From: Rickettsiales bacterium UBA2645
GTDB taxonomy: Bacteria; Pseudomonadota; Alphaproteobacteria; Rickettsiales; UBA1997
NCBI GenBank assembly: GCA_002359655.1
Contig: DENL01000021.1
Coordinates: 1-63,446 of the forward strand
DNA length: 63,446 nt
Direction: 5' to 3'
In this document: positions 31,670 to 43,200 of the stretch, in pieces
How the letters are laid out: each line of letters begins with the position of its first letter
How positions within the stretch are numbered: the first letter of the stretch is position 1
Notes under the pieces: generated by a model
What the model saw: only the letters and a program-made list of their open reading frames with translations
Database searches by the model: none
Told to the model about the DNA's origin: nothing
Position numbers and translations under genes: made by a program

Positions 31670-32949
31670 TAAATTGAATCTTTTAAAATTATTGTCTCTT
31701 CCCGCTTAGGACCAGTTGAGATTATTTCAGCCTTCACACCGCACAAATCTTCTATTTTTTTGATGTAGTTCAAAGCTTTTTGTGGCAACTCAGTAAGTGA
31801 TTTAACGCCTACTGTACTTCGTTGCCAGCCTTCGAACTCTTCATAAACTGGCTCAATATTTTGCCACAAATGATTAGCCTGAGGCAAGTAATTATAGGTT
31901 TCGCCGTTGATTTTGTAGGCAACGCAAATTTTAATTTTTTCTAATTTATCCAGCACATCCAACTTGGTTAGAGCAATTTTTTTAACGGAAGAAAGTTGAA
32001 TTGCCTGACGAACCAAAACCGCATCAAACCAACCACAACGACGATCGCGACCAGTTACTGTTCCAACCTCGTTGCCTTCAATACGCAAAAATTTTCCGAT
32101 CTCACAGCTAAGTTCAGTCGGAAAAGGACCAGATCCAACTCGCGTTGTATATGCCTTTAAAATACCAATCGTTTGGTGCAAATCAGCAACGCCAAGACAA
32201 GAGCCCAAAGCGATTTGCCCAGCCATTGTGTTGCTGGAAGTAACAAAAGGGAAAGTGCCGTAAGTCACGTCTAACAAAGCTCCTTGCGCCCCTTCAAACA
32301 TAATATTTTTTTTCAAAGCTAATTTAGCGGCAATTTCAAAAGATGGCTTTGAATAAGAAAGTAAACGCTGACGGACTGGATTTAGCTCAGCAATAATTTG
32401 CTCAACCGTAACAATTTCTGCATTTAAACTTTGACGCAAAAGATTGTGATAAAATAACAAATTTTCTACACGTTCACGCAAGATTTTTTCATCGATCAAA
32501 TCGCAAATACGAAGTGCTCTGCGCCCAGCCCTATCTTCATATGCTGGTCCAATTCCGCGACCAGTTGTACCTATTTTATTTTCACCTTTTTTGCTTTCCA
32601 AAAGCTGGTCCAAATCACGATGAATCGACAAAATCAAGCAGCAATTTTCAGCAATATTTAAGTTTTCTGCGTCAATTTTTATACCAGCATTTTCAATTTT
32701 TTCGATCTCAAGAAAAAGCGCGATTGGATCAACAACTACACCACTTCCAATCACTGAAAATTTTCCACGAATTATGCCAGAAGGCAGCAAACTTAACTTA
32801 TAAGTTTTGTCGCCAACTTTAATTGTGTGACCAGCATTATGGCCACCTTGAAAACGAACTACTGCGTCGAATCTATCTGCTAAAAAGTCAACGATTTTGC
32901 CCTTTCCTTCATCGCCCCATTGCAGGCCGATTATTGCTGTGTTAGACAT
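31669..32949 (-). CDS. purA: Adenylosuccinate synthetase
   Basis: GLQWGDEGKGK, GGHNAGHT, IGTTGRGIGP, GTVTGRDRRCGW, TKLDVLD; ATG at 32949. Confidence 0.98.
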   Translation of the reverse strand: MSNTAIIGLQWGDEGKGKIVDFLADRFDAVVRFQGGHNAGHTIKVGDKTYKLSLLPSGIIRGKFSVIGSGVVVDPIALFLEIEKIENAGIKIDAENLNIAENCCLILSIHRDLDQLLESKKGENKIGTTGRGIGPAYEDRAGRRALRICDLIDEKILRERVENLLFYHNLLRQSLNAEIVTVEQIIAELNPVRQRLLSYSKPSFEIAAKLALKKNIMFEGAQGALLDVTYGTFPFVTSSNTMAGQIALGSCLGVADLHQTIGILKAYTTRVGSGPFPTELSCEIGKFLRIEGNEVGTVTGRDRRCGWFDAVLVRQAIQLSSVKKIALTKLDVLDKLEKIKICVAYKINGETYNYLPQANHLWQNIEPVYEEFEGWQRSTVGVKSLTELPQKALNYIKKIEDLCGVKAEIISTGPKREETIILKDSI

Positions 32950-32950
32950 T

Positions 32951-33199
32951 TTATTTTTCGTCTTTGATTTGATTTTTGATGCCAATAATTACTGAATTAA
33001 CAGCGGTCTTTTTTTTGATTGTAAAATATTTGCTGCAATATGGGCAGGCGATGAAATCATTTTTACCCATATCAAGATAAACAAGCGGATGTCCTGAAAC
33101 AGAAGACTCATCGCCCTTTTCACCTTGGCAAGAAACTTTTTTGGAATCAACGTAAGAAATCTCTAGGGGATTACTTTTAGAATTAATTTGAAGATTCAT
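32951..33199 (-). CDS. zf-CHCC zinc-finger protein (NDUFS6-like)
   Basis: VSCQG...GHPLVYL...CPYC. Confidence 0.85.
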   Translation of the reverse strand: MNLQINSKSNPLEISYVDSKKVSCQGEKGDESSVSGHPLVYLDMGKNDFIACPYCSKYFTIKKKTAVNSVIIGIKNQIKDEK

Positions 33200-33314
33200 T
33201 TTAAAAACTTAAGAAATTAGCATTTGAAGCTAGACAATGTCAGCAAAATTATTTCGAAGTTACTCGAGCGCAACCAGATTTTCAATCTAAGTTTTAATCA
33301 ACCCTAAATAAAAA

Positions 33315-35111
33315 ATGAAAAAGATTTTTGCTCTGCTTTTTGCAGCGCTTTTTTTGCAAATAACTAATGCCAACTGCGCCATTTCTGATTGGAAAGAAAA
33401 TGAAAGCAAAGGTGCTAAAACCAGATTATTGACTAGTTTTTATCAGAATGAAAATGGCGAAAAAAAATTAATCGCCGCAATCGAATTTAAAATCAAAGAT
33501 GGCTGGAAAATTTATGGTCAGGGTTCTGACGGCATTGGCTTACCTCCCAGCTTTGATTTGAGTGAATCAAAAAACTATCTCAAACATGAAATCATCTGGC
33601 CAAAAGCAGAAGAGCAGGAAGAAAAAATTGGCAACGAAGTTTTTAAATATTCGGCCTATCACGGCGATGTTATTTTGCCAATCAACATCGATCTAAAAGA
33701 TAACAGCAAAGAATCAGAACTTGTTTTAAAGCTTAATTACGGGCTCTGCAAAGAAGTTTGCATTCCTGTAAATGAAAGCTTCACAGCAAAAATAATCGAT
33801 GAAGTTGATCCAGAAGCTTTGAGTTTAATTCAAAAATTTTATCCAGAAAAAATTTCTAGCACTTTGGTTGAATCTGCTTCAGATCAAAAACCTCCAATGT
33901 CTTCAAGCATTTTTTATTGGTCATTAATTGCGATTATTGGCGGCGCAATTTTAAATATTATGCCATGCGTTTTACCAGTTTTGTCGATCAAATTACTTTC
34001 AATAATAAATCACTTAGACACCAAAATATCACGCATTCGATTTGCTTTCTTTGCCACAATTTGCGGCATTATTTCGTGCTTTTTTATTTTTGCAGTTTGT
34101 GCAGCGCTGATAAAATTTGTCGGTAATTCTTTTGGCTGGGGATTGCAATTCCAAAACCCTTATTTCCTGATTTTTTTAATTGTAGTTCTCACTTTATTTA
34201 CCGCCAATTTACTTGGAATTTTCGAAATCACTTTTGATCAATTAGCACTTAATTTCTTAAACAAAAAAATCACTGATTCCGAAGGCAAAAAAAATATTTT
34301 TATTCCAAATTTTCTTTCGGGAATATTAGCAGTTTTGCTCGCAACTCCTTGCTCAGCACCAATTTTAGGATCAGCCATTTCTTTTGCACTGACGCAAAAT
34401 ATGTTTGCGGTCTTTTTTATTTTTTGCTCAATTGGTATTGGTTTTTCTTTGCCTTACATTTTTTTGATAATCGCACCAAAGTTGGTTTATCTTTTGCCTA
34501 AACCCGGAAATTGGATGCTTGGAATAAAAAAACTAATGGCGGCTTTGCTTGTCATTACGGTTTTCTGGCTGGCTTATGTTTTATCTCACAACATTGGATT
34601 TATACCAGCTCTAGGCGTTGTTATATTAGCCTTATTGTTGCTGCTTTGCTTTGAACTGAAATTGAAGTTCATCAAATTTTTAGCTTTTGCATTGGTCCTA
34701 TCTGCAACTTTTGCAATGCCAAGACAGATTCTAAAAACAGTAGAAATACCAGAAGAAATCCCTGCAAGCATCTGTATTAAATTTGACGAAAAACTAATTC
34801 ATCAACTAGTAATGGAAGGAAAAGTTGTGGTTGTTGATGTAACCGCTGATTGGTGTATCACCTGCAAAATCAACAAGTTAACAGTTTTAAACAGCAAAGA
34901 GATTATTGAAAAGTTAAATGATCCAAACATCGTCACCATGAGAGCAGACATCACCAAACCAAATGAAGAAGCGATGATGTTTTTGCGCAAATTTAATAGA
35001 TTCGCTATTCCGTTTAACGCAGTTTATGGACCAAATGCCAAAAAAGGCCTTCCTACCAGCGAGCTTTTAAGCAAAAAAGAACTTCTCGAATTAATCGAAA
35101 AAGCAAAATAA
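33315..35111 (+). CDS. Protein-disulfide reductase DsbD/ScsB family
   Basis: GWKIY, CKEVC, LNIMPCVLPV, ATPCSAP, TADWCITC. Confidence 0.92.
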   Translation: MKKIFALLFAALFLQITNANCAISDWKENESKGAKTRLLTSFYQNENGEKKLIAAIEFKIKDGWKIYGQGSDGIGLPPSFDLSESKNYLKHEIIWPKAEEQEEKIGNEVFKYSAYHGDVILPINIDLKDNSKESELVLKLNYGLCKEVCIPVNESFTAKIIDEVDPEALSLIQKFYPEKISSTLVESASDQKPPMSSSIFYWSLIAIIGGAILNIMPCVLPVLSIKLLSIINHLDTKISRIRFAFFATICGIISCFFIFAVCAALIKFVGNSFGWGLQFQNPYFLIFLIVVLTLFTANLLGIFEITFDQLALNFLNKKITDSEGKKNIFIPNFLSGILAVLLATPCSAPILGSAISFALTQNMFAVFFIFCSIGIGFSLPYIFLIIAPKLVYLLPKPGNWMLGIKKLMAALLVITVFWLAYVLSHNIGFIPALGVVILALLLLLCFELKLKFIKFLAFALVLSATFAMPRQILKTVEIPEEIPASICIKFDEKLIHQLVMEGKVVVVDVTADWCITCKINKLTVLNSKEIIEKLNDPNIVTMRADITKPNEEAMMFLRKFNRFAIPFNAVYGPNAKKGLPTSELLSKKELLELIEKAK

Positions 35112-35115
35112 CAAC

Positions 35116-36579
35116 ATGAACGATATTACAAAACTAACCATTCGCCAAACAATAAAAGGCTTACAAGCAAAAGAATTTTCAAGCCTTGAGCTAACTTCTG
35201 CTTACATAAAAAATATCGAGCAAAATCGTAATCTAAATGCTTTTATTACCGAATCTTTTGACTTGGCATTGACTCAAGCCAAAAAATCTGACGAAAAAAT
35301 CGCCGCCAAAAATGCCAGTGATTTAGAGGGAATTCCTTTGGCCATTAAAGATTTATTTTGTACCAAAAATCTGCGTACAACTTGCGGCTCAAAAATGTTA
35401 GAAAATTTCGTACCAACTTATGAATCAACAGTTTCACAAAAACTTCTGGATGCTGGATCAGTAACTCTTGGCAAACTTAATATGGACGAATTTGCCATGG
35501 GCTCGGCCAATACCAACAGCTATTTCGGCGCTGTGATTAATCCTTACAAAAAGAAAAATTCTAACGAAGATTTGGTTCCTGGAGGTTCTTCTGGCGGCTC
35601 AGCAGCAGCAGTTGCAGCAAATTTATGCGCTGGTGCTACTGGCTCTGATACTGGTGGCTCAATCAGACAGCCCGCCTCTTATACTAATATTGTTGGAGTA
35701 AAACCAACTTACGGACGTTGCTCGCGTTATGGCATGATCGCTTTTGCCAGCTCTCTGGATCAAGCCGGAATTTTCGCCAAAGATGTTTATGATGCCGCAC
35801 TTTTACAGCGTATAATTTCAGGATTTGACGAAAAAGATTCTACCTCGATGAATCTCGCAGTTCCTCAGTTTGAAAAGCTTTTAAACTCAAATATTAAAGG
35901 CAAAAAAATTGGCATCGCTAAAGAATATTTTGTCGAAGGAATGCCAGAAGAAATCACCAAACTATGGAATCGCGGCCAAGAAATTTTACAAAAATGTGGC
36001 GCTGAAATTGTCGAAATTTCTTTGCCTCACACTAGCTATGCTCCAGCAGTTTACTACATTCTAGCTTCGGCTGAATGCTCATCAAATCTAGCACGCTTCG
36101 ATGGTGTGCGTTATGGCTTTAGAGCCGCAGGAGAAAATTTATCACTAGAAGAAATGTACGAAAAAACCCGCGCTCAAGGTTTTGGTGATGAAGTTAAACG
36201 CCGTATTTTAACCGGAACTTATGTTTTATCTGCTGGTTATTTTGACGCTTATTACAAAAAAGCTCAGAAGGTTCGTAACCTTGTGCGCCAAGACTTCATT
36301 GCAGCGTTTAAAAAAGTTGATGTCATTTTAACACCAACCACTCCAAGCGCTGCATTTCCAATCAATCAGTCAAAACAAGTTGGCAATTCTGATCCTGTAA
36401 AAATGTATTTAAACGATGTTTTTACAATTCCAGTAAATTTAGCTGGCCTGCCTGCGATGTCGATTCCTGCTGGCTTTGACAATGACGGTTTACCACTTGG
36501 ACTACAAATAATTTCTAAACATTTTGACGAACAAAACATGTTTGATGTGGCCTTAGCTCTTGAAGAAAACAAAAACTAA
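35116..36579 (+). CDS. gatA: Asp/Glu-tRNA amidotransferase subunit A
   Basis: [42 protein letters not shown]. Confidence 0.97.
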   Translation: MNDITKLTIRQTIKGLQAKEFSSLELTSAYIKNIEQNRNLNAFITESFDLALTQAKKSDEKIAAKNASDLEGIPLAIKDLFCTKNLRTTCGSKMLENFVPTYESTVSQKLLDAGSVTLGKLNMDEFAMGSANTNSYFGAVINPYKKKNSNEDLVPGGSSGGSAAAVAANLCAGATGSDTGGSIRQPASYTNIVGVKPTYGRCSRYGMIAFASSLDQAGIFAKDVYDAALLQRIISGFDEKDSTSMNLAVPQFEKLLNSNIKGKKIGIAKEYFVEGMPEEITKLWNRGQEILQKCGAEIVEISLPHTSYAPAVYYILASAECSSNLARFDGVRYGFRAAGENLSLEEMYEKTRAQGFGDEVKRRILTGTYVLSAGYFDAYYKKAQKVRNLVRQDFIAAFKKVDVILTPTTPSAAFPINQSKQVGNSDPVKMYLNDVFTIPVNLAGLPAMSIPAGFDNDGLPLGLQIISKHFDEQNMFDVALALEENKN

Positions 36580-36590
36580 AAATTACTAAA

Positions 36591-38510
36591 ATGTCTCAAG
36601 CTATTAAAATTACTTTTCCCGACTCCTCAATTCGCGAATTCGATAGCAATGTTACTGGCGCAGAAATTGCCAAATCAATTTCAATTTCTTTAGGCAAAGT
36701 TGCGTTAGCAATTAAGGTAAATGGCGAATTGCGCGACTTATCGCGAGCAATTACAGAAGATGCTAAAATTGAAATCATCACACCAAAATCCGGTGCTGAT
36801 GCACTAGAAATTATTCGTCATGACGCAGCACATATTATGGCAGAAGCGGTGAAAGAGCTGTTTCCTGAAACTCAAGTCACAATCGGGCCAGCAATTGAAA
36901 ATGGTTTTTATTACGACTTCGCCAGAAAAACTCCCTTCGCTTTAGAAGATTTACAACTCATCGAAAAAAAAATGCATGAGATCGTGAAGCGAGACGAAAA
37001 GCTAGTTCGTGAAGTTTGGAAGCGCGATGACGCAGTGAAATTTTTCAATTCAATTGGTGAGAAATACAAAGCTGAAATCATCGCGGCAATTCCTGCAAGT
37101 GAAGATATTTCACTTTATCGCCAAGGAAATTTTATTGATCTTTGCCGTGGGCCACATGCTCCGGCAACTTCGCACATCAAGCATTTTAAATTGATGAAAT
37201 TAGCTGGCGCTTATTGGCGTGGCGATTCCAAAAATGAAATGCTGCAACGCATTTATGGTACTGCATGGGAAAGCGAAGAAAGTCTGAAGAATTATTTGCA
37301 CATGTTAGAAGAATCTGAAAAGCGCGATCATCGTAAAATTGGTCGTCAAATGCATTTATTCCATGTACAAGAAGAAGCTGCAGGATCAGTATTTTGGCAC
37401 CCAAAAGGCTGGACAATTTATCGCGAGATTGAAAATTATATTCGCGCTAAATTAGAAAAAAATGGTTACGTTGAAGTAAAAACTCCGCAAATGGTTGATC
37501 GTGTTTTGTGGGAAAAATCCGGCCACTGGGAAAAGTTTCGCGAAAATATGTTCACCGTTGAAAGCGAAGATAAAACTCTTGCAATCAAGCCGATGAACTG
37601 TCCGTGCCATGTTCAAATTTTTAATCAAGAATTAAAATCTTATCGCCAACTTCCTTTAAGAATGGCAGAGTTTGGCTCTTGTCATCGCAATGAATCTTCG
37701 GGTTCGCTGCATGGAATTATGCGCGTTCGCGCTTTCACTCAAGATGATGCACATATTTTTTGCGAAGAGTCGCAAATCAACCAAGAAACCGTAAAATTTT
37801 GCGAATTACTAAAAGAAGTTTATCGCGATTTTGGTTTTGAAAATGTGAAAGTAAAATTTTCAACTCGTCCTGAAAAACGCGCTGGCTCTGACGAAACTTG
37901 GGATCGTGCCGAACATGCTTTATCTCAAGCCGTAAAAGTTGCGGGATTAGACTTCGAAATAAATCCAGGTGAAGGCGCATTTTATGGACCAAAACTTGAG
38001 TTTACTTTAATCGATGCCATCAAACGCGAATGGCAATGCGGCACTTTGCAAGTCGATTTTATTTTACCGGAAAGACTAGACGCAACCTACATCGCAACCG
38101 ATGGCTCTAAGCAACGTCCAGTTATGTTACATCGCGCAATTCTGGGTAGCTTTGAAAGATTCATTGGCATGTTGATCGAAAACTATGCTGGAAAGTTTCC
38201 ACTCTGGTTAGCACCAGTGCAAATGGTAGTTGCTACAATCACCAACGATTCTGACGAATATGGCGCACAGGTTTTAGAAAAACTAAAAGCACAAGGATTT
38301 AGAGCTGAAGGCGATTTTGATGCACAAAAAATCAATTATAAAATCCGCGAACATTCTCTGCAAAAAATTCCCTACATTTTAGCAATTGGTAAAAAAGAAG
38401 CGCAAAATGGATCGGTTTCAGTACGCAAATTTGGCGAGGAAAATCAAAGTGTGTTCAGTGTTGAAGAATTTATCACTATGGCGAAAGAGCAGATCAAGCA
38501 CAAGAGCTAA
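36591..38510 (+). CDS. thrS: Threonine-tRNA ligase
   Basis: TGS domain, [31 protein letters not shown]. Confidence 0.98.
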   Translation: MSQAIKITFPDSSIREFDSNVTGAEIAKSISISLGKVALAIKVNGELRDLSRAITEDAKIEIITPKSGADALEIIRHDAAHIMAEAVKELFPETQVTIGPAIENGFYYDFARKTPFALEDLQLIEKKMHEIVKRDEKLVREVWKRDDAVKFFNSIGEKYKAEIIAAIPASEDISLYRQGNFIDLCRGPHAPATSHIKHFKLMKLAGAYWRGDSKNEMLQRIYGTAWESEESLKNYLHMLEESEKRDHRKIGRQMHLFHVQEEAAGSVFWHPKGWTIYREIENYIRAKLEKNGYVEVKTPQMVDRVLWEKSGHWEKFRENMFTVESEDKTLAIKPMNCPCHVQIFNQELKSYRQLPLRMAEFGSCHRNESSGSLHGIMRVRAFTQDDAHIFCEESQINQETVKFCELLKEVYRDFGFENVKVKFSTRPEKRAGSDETWDRAEHALSQAVKVAGLDFEINPGEGAFYGPKLEFTLIDAIKREWQCGTLQVDFILPERLDATYIATDGSKQRPVMLHRAILGSFERFIGMLIENYAGKFPLWLAPVQMVVATITNDSDEYGAQVLEKLKAQGFRAEGDFDAQKINYKIREHSLQKIPYILAIGKKEAQNGSVSVRKFGEENQSVFSVEEFITMAKEQIKHKS

Positions 38511-38513
38511 ATT

Positions 38514-40322
38514 ATGAAATTATTAAACAGAATTCTCCCTTATTTTTTTGCTCCCCTTATAGCTTTGGTGGTTTTTTGTTTGATGTTTCAGATCTGGAAA
38601 ATCGATGTCTCTCTACCAGCTTTCAGCTACAATAATGACTCGCTGTTTTCGATTTTTATCATCAAAAATATTATCTCCAGCGGATGGTTTCAGTGTTCTG
38701 ATAATATTGGCTTGCCGCACTTAAGCGAAAGATTTTGCATATATGATTTTCCTATGGAATCAGACATGTTTCATATTCTGATCGTAAAGTTTTTTACTTA
38801 CTTCACTGACAATCCTTTTTTGGTGGCAAATCTTTTTTTCATCACAACTTTCATGATGATTTCGACTACATCTTTCATAGTTTTACGACATTTTCAAATC
38901 AGTATAATTACCGCTTTGTCAATTAGTGTTTTATACGCTTTCATGCCTTACCATTTTGAGCGCAATGTTTCCCATCTTTTTCTTTCTAACTACATGGAGA
39001 TACCATTTTCAGTGATGGTAGCGCTTTGGATCGCTTCTGACAAAATCAAAATATTTGGCATTAATTCTAAGCAGCAATATTGCATTCACGCCAATAAATT
39101 TTTCTTTATTGCTCTTTTAATTTCGGTATTTGCTGCTGGTAATAACATCTACTACGCCTACTACTCTTGCATAACTTTTATTTTCGCGTGGCTGATTCAC
39201 GCTTTAAAAAAAGGAAGTTTTTTTGATGGCACTGGCTTCGAAGTTATGATTTTGTGCTTTAGTACTTTTATCAGTTTGCTCTACCTTTATTTGCCAACTT
39301 TATTTTATCAGCTGCAGCATGGATTCAACTCTTACATAGCTGGAAGAGATATTTCGTCCAGTGAAACTTTTGGTCTAAAAATAATTGATTTATTTATGCC
39401 AGTTGCAAATCACTATATTTCATATTTTTCTAATCTGAGATTGAGTTTTAATTTTGCAGTTAATGCTGGAGCAGAAAGAGCTTCTGAAAGTCTAGGCTTT
39501 ATTGGCTCGGTAGGATTTTTGTTTTTATTGATTTGGTTGGTAGGCAAAAATTTTTTGCAAGAAAATTCGTTTGTAAATAAAACAATTAAGAAAATTTCTC
39601 TTAACAAAAAAGAGCAGGATTTAATTTCTGATCTTGCTGGAATAAATATTCTATCAGTCCTGTTTTCAACGGTTGGTGGCTTAGCAATGTTTATCGCAAT
39701 TCCTTTTCCAACTCTTCGTAGTCATGCTCGTTTTGCGATTTTTATTGCCTTCATTTCATTATTTTTAGTCGCGATTATTTTTGACAAAATGATTGAGAAA
39801 AAGCTATTTGGTAAAAAAATCTACGCTCAAATTATTTTTGTTTTTGTAATGATTGTGGCGCTTTTTGACCAGTCAGGAAAAGTGTCGGCAGAAACTATTC
39901 AGACGCAATCGATGAAAGATAAATACTACAGCGATCGAGATTTTATTGAAGCAATCGAAAATTCCATTCCAGCAAAATCACAGATTTTCATTTTGCCAAA
40001 TTTTGGTTTTCCTGAAAATACTGATGATGATTATAGATCGATAATTGCTTATGCACATTCTAAAAACCTGCGCTGGTCATATCCTACTGTAAATGGAAGA
40101 GAAAGTTTTTTTTGGCAAGAAAAAGCAGTTGGCAGTACTTTTGATGAATTTATTAAGACAATTAAATCTGCTGGATTTGTTGGTGTTTACATTGATAAAG
40201 AACAGTATCTTCAAAAAAATAATACTAAAAAATTAATGAGTTTAGAATCTGGCTTAAGGCTGCTTTCTAAAGCTCCAGCTTTGATCTCAAAAAATAAAAA
40301 CTTGGTTTTCTACCAAATTTAA
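38514..40322 (+). CDS. Polytopic membrane protein, putative GT-C (YfhO-like) glycosyltransferase
   Basis: Many TM segments; D in the first loop (YNNDSLF), YDFP..D, YAFMPYHF.R..HLFL, YYAYY, LRWSY; converges on the sugar cluster. Confidence 0.6.
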   Translation: MKLLNRILPYFFAPLIALVVFCLMFQIWKIDVSLPAFSYNNDSLFSIFIIKNIISSGWFQCSDNIGLPHLSERFCIYDFPMESDMFHILIVKFFTYFTDNPFLVANLFFITTFMMISTTSFIVLRHFQISIITALSISVLYAFMPYHFERNVSHLFLSNYMEIPFSVMVALWIASDKIKIFGINSKQQYCIHANKFFFIALLISVFAAGNNIYYAYYSCITFIFAWLIHALKKGSFFDGTGFEVMILCFSTFISLLYLYLPTLFYQLQHGFNSYIAGRDISSSETFGLKIIDLFMPVANHYISYFSNLRLSFNFAVNAGAERASESLGFIGSVGFLFLLIWLVGKNFLQENSFVNKTIKKISLNKKEQDLISDLAGINILSVLFSTVGGLAMFIAIPFPTLRSHARFAIFIAFISLFLVAIIFDKMIEKKLFGKKIYAQIIFVFVMIVALFDQSGKVSAETIQTQSMKDKYYSDRDFIEAIENSIPAKSQIFILPNFGFPENTDDDYRSIIAYAHSKNLRWSYPTVNGRESFFWQEKAVGSTFDEFIKTIKSAGFVGVYIDKEQYLQKNNTKKLMSLESGLRLLSKAPALISKNKNLVFYQI

Positions 40323-40334
40323 TTTGAAAATAAA

Positions 40335-41231
40335 TTATTTAACTGCAATCGCAGCAAGATTTCCGATCGTAAGAGAAATTGGCAAATAACCAATTCTGGT
40401 TTTTCTTAGAATCTTAATCAAAGATTTCTTTGCTGGAATTTTTGGCAATAATTTTAACCAATAAAAAAGCGGATAAGTATTAATTATCGGAAAAATCTCT
40501 ATTTTCCTAAAACCAGCATTTTCAAGTATTTTGCGCAAGCTTGCTGGCGAAAAAAGTTGTAAATGCTCAACATCATAAATCGGAGATTTTTCACCTAGAA
40601 TTTGATTAATTTTTCCACGAAAATTATGCGCTACAACAAAAAATCTACCGTCTTTTTTTAGCAAAAAATTTACATCAAGGCTAAGTTGCAGCGGATCAAA
40701 AACATGTTCCAGAGTTTGAAAACAACTAACCAAATCAAACTGATTTTCTGAGTAAGAATTTTTGTCAAAAAATCCTTGTTTAATAAATGGCTTAATTTCT
40801 CTGTGAGCAGTATTTATCGCTGATATTGATGGCTCAACACCGCAAAGATTTTTTGTACCAGACTTTTTCAATTCAAACAAAAACTCTCCACCGCCAGTTC
40901 CAATATCGAGAGCGGAATTAATTGCGGATTTTTGCAGCAAATATTTAGCGTAAGTTTTAGCAGCATAGCCAGCTTCAATATCACTATCAAAAGCAGCATT
41001 TTCATATTCCTGATTAGTTGTAAATTGCTCAAGCCCTGGATTGGCGTAAATTAAATCACAAGACTTACAAATATATAAACGAAGATGAAACGGCTCGGGC
41101 TCTTTGCGCGAAGCAAAGCTAAATTGGTTTAAGTTTTCCTGCTTAAAATTTCCTTCCAAATATAAATCAGGGCTATCTTTTCGACAAATCGAACAATGAC
41201 GCGGAGCTAATTTCATGTTATTTTCTTCCAA
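40335..41231 (-). CDS. Class I SAM-dependent methyltransferase (sugar-cluster type)
   Basis: N-terminal CxxC...CxxC, LDIGTGGG, FQTLEH. Confidence 0.85.
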   Translation of the reverse strand: MEENNMKLAPRHCSICRKDSPDLYLEGNFKQENLNQFSFASRKEPEPFHLRLYICKSCDLIYANPGLEQFTTNQEYENAAFDSDIEAGYAAKTYAKYLLQKSAINSALDIGTGGGEFLFELKKSGTKNLCGVEPSISAINTAHREIKPFIKQGFFDKNSYSENQFDLVSCFQTLEHVFDPLQLSLDVNFLLKKDGRFFVVAHNFRGKINQILGEKSPIYDVEHLQLFSPASLRKILENAGFRKIEIFPIINTYPLFYWLKLLPKIPAKKSLIKILRKTRIGYLPISLTIGNLAAIAVK

Positions 41232-43200
41232 GAATATTTTTCAAACCTGAAGTACCAGAAATATTGCCGCGCCTGATTATAGAATTACGAATAAAATGCG
41301 GTCGACCTTTTACTTCTTCAAAAATTTTAGCGATATATTCGCCCAAAATACTAACGGCAAAAAGGTTCAGTGAGCCAAAAAAAGTTAATAAAATTAAAGT
41401 TGTGGTAACGCCATGAGGAATTGAATCGGGGAAAAAATATTTCAGAGAAATTTGTATTATCATTAAAATTCCTGATAAAAATAATGTCAGCCAGCCAAAA
41501 GCGCTAAGAAGGTTCAGCGGCACATAGCTGAAGGAAAAAATTCCTTTTTTAGCCCAGCCAATATTTTTGAAAATATTATTTGTAGTGCGTCCAAACTTTC
41601 GCTCTGGACGGACATAATCAATTCCGGCTTGTTTAAAGCCAGCGTAGGCTCGAAGACCACGCAAAAATAAATCTCGCTCTGGAAAGCAAAGCAAAACTTC
41701 AACAACTTTTTTATCCATTAAGGCAAAATCACCAGCATCTTTTGGAATATTAATATAAGAAAATGCTGCAAAAAGACGGTAAAAAATTTTGTAAAAAATC
41801 TGCATATAAAAAGGTGCATCACGCTTTATTCTACGACCATAAACAACTTCAAAGCCTTCTTTCCATTTTTGTAGAAATTGTTCAATCATTTCTGGGGGAT
41901 CTTGCAAATCGCCATCCATCAAAACGCAACTATTTTTAGTTGCCAAATCGAGACCACTTTTAAAAGCGGCTTGCGAACCAAAATTACGCGAATGACTAAT
42001 TCCAATAACTCGCCAATCGCTTCTGGAAATTTCAGCAATTATTTCTTCGCTATTGTCTGGCGAGCAGTCGTTTACAAAAATAATTTCATAGTCGAGTTTT
42101 AATTTTTTCATCACATTGGTAATGCGTTGATACATTTCTGGAATAGCCTGCGCATCCTTGTAACAAGCGATAATAGCCGATATTGAATGAACACGATCTA
42201 AATCATCAACAGGCTTTTTTGTTGATATGGCTTGCGAATAGTTTGCGAAATTTTCTTGCACCCAAGCAGTCATTTTTTGTAAACCTTCTGGCAGAGAAAT
42301 TTTTGCTCTCCAACCCAAAACTTCCTGAGCCTTTTTTGGATTTGAATACCAATTACTTACATCCCATTGATGTGCTGGATAATTAAACTGCGGCTCGCCA
42401 GCAATTTGATAAATTTCTTTCGAGATTTTTGCGATATCGTTTATTGTAGTTTTTACTCCTGAACCAATATTAAAAGATTCACCATAAAAATTTGGCGTAA
42501 GGTTAAAAGCTGTGTCGATAAAGGCTTCGCAAGCGTCGTCAATATAAACAAAATCCCGTGAAATTTCTGGATTAGTAAAGTCACTAAATTTTTTTTCCAG
42601 TCCGCGCAGAACAACTTTTGGAATTAAACGTGAAGAATCTTCGTATGGTCCATAAATTGAATAGAGACGAAGATTAGCAACTTTCATGCCTTTCTTTTTT
42701 CCATAAAAATAAATCAGATTTGAAGTTGTCGCTTTAGTCACAGCATAATGGCTGTTGGCGTTTAAAGCGCTTTCCTCTTTTGGTGCAGCAGCATTATCAC
42801 CGTATTCGGAAGAACTTCCTGCATGAATTAGACAATCAACTTCACGCTGATAACAAGCTTCGATCAAGCGCGCTGTGAAAGTAACATTAGTTTTGTAAAT
42901 CAGATCAATATCATTTTGAAAAGAGTAAGCGCCGTAAGCAACGCAGTTGAAAATCGTTTTTGGTTTTACGCGATTAAGCAGATTTTCTAAATTTTCTTCA
43001 GCTAATAAATCGCCTTCAATAATATTTGCTGAGTCAATATTTTCTAAGCGCCAATTTGGTAGATGCGAAACAGTTCCAAAAATATCGTTACGATACTTCA
43101 ACAACATGTTTAATAAATTTGCCCCGATAAAACCACTAGCTCCAACTATTAAAATCGGGCCTTTAAGAGTAATAATTTTTTCGGCAAAAGATTTTGTCAT
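41218..43200 (-). CDS. Fusion of NAD-dependent epimerase/dehydratase and GT2 (GtrB-like polyprenol-P glycosyltransferase)
   Basis: GASGFIG, SSSEYG, YAVTK then VNDCSPD, SRNFG, DGDLQDPP, GDFALMD and two C-terminal TM segments. Confidence 0.88.
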   Translation of the reverse strand: MTKSFAEKIITLKGPILIVGASGFIGANLLNMLLKYRNDIFGTVSHLPNWRLENIDSANIIEGDLLAEENLENLLNRVKPKTIFNCVAYGAYSFQNDIDLIYKTNVTFTARLIEACYQREVDCLIHAGSSSEYGDNAAAPKEESALNANSHYAVTKATTSNLIYFYGKKKGMKVANLRLYSIYGPYEDSSRLIPKVVLRGLEKKFSDFTNPEISRDFVYIDDACEAFIDTAFNLTPNFYGESFNIGSGVKTTINDIAKISKEIYQIAGEPQFNYPAHQWDVSNWYSNPKKAQEVLGWRAKISLPEGLQKMTAWVQENFANYSQAISTKKPVDDLDRVHSISAIIACYKDAQAIPEMYQRITNVMKKLKLDYEIIFVNDCSPDNSEEIIAEISRSDWRVIGISHSRNFGSQAAFKSGLDLATKNSCVLMDGDLQDPPEMIEQFLQKWKEGFEVVYGRRIKRDAPFYMQIFYKIFYRLFAAFSYINIPKDAGDFALMDKKVVEVLLCFPERDLFLRGLRAYAGFKQAGIDYVRPERKFGRTTNNIFKNIGWAKKGIFSFSYVPLNLLSAFGWLTLFLSGILMIIQISLKYFFPDSIPHGVTTTLILLTFFGSLNLFAVSILGEYIAKIFEEVKGRPHFIRNSIIRRGNISGTSGLKNILGRK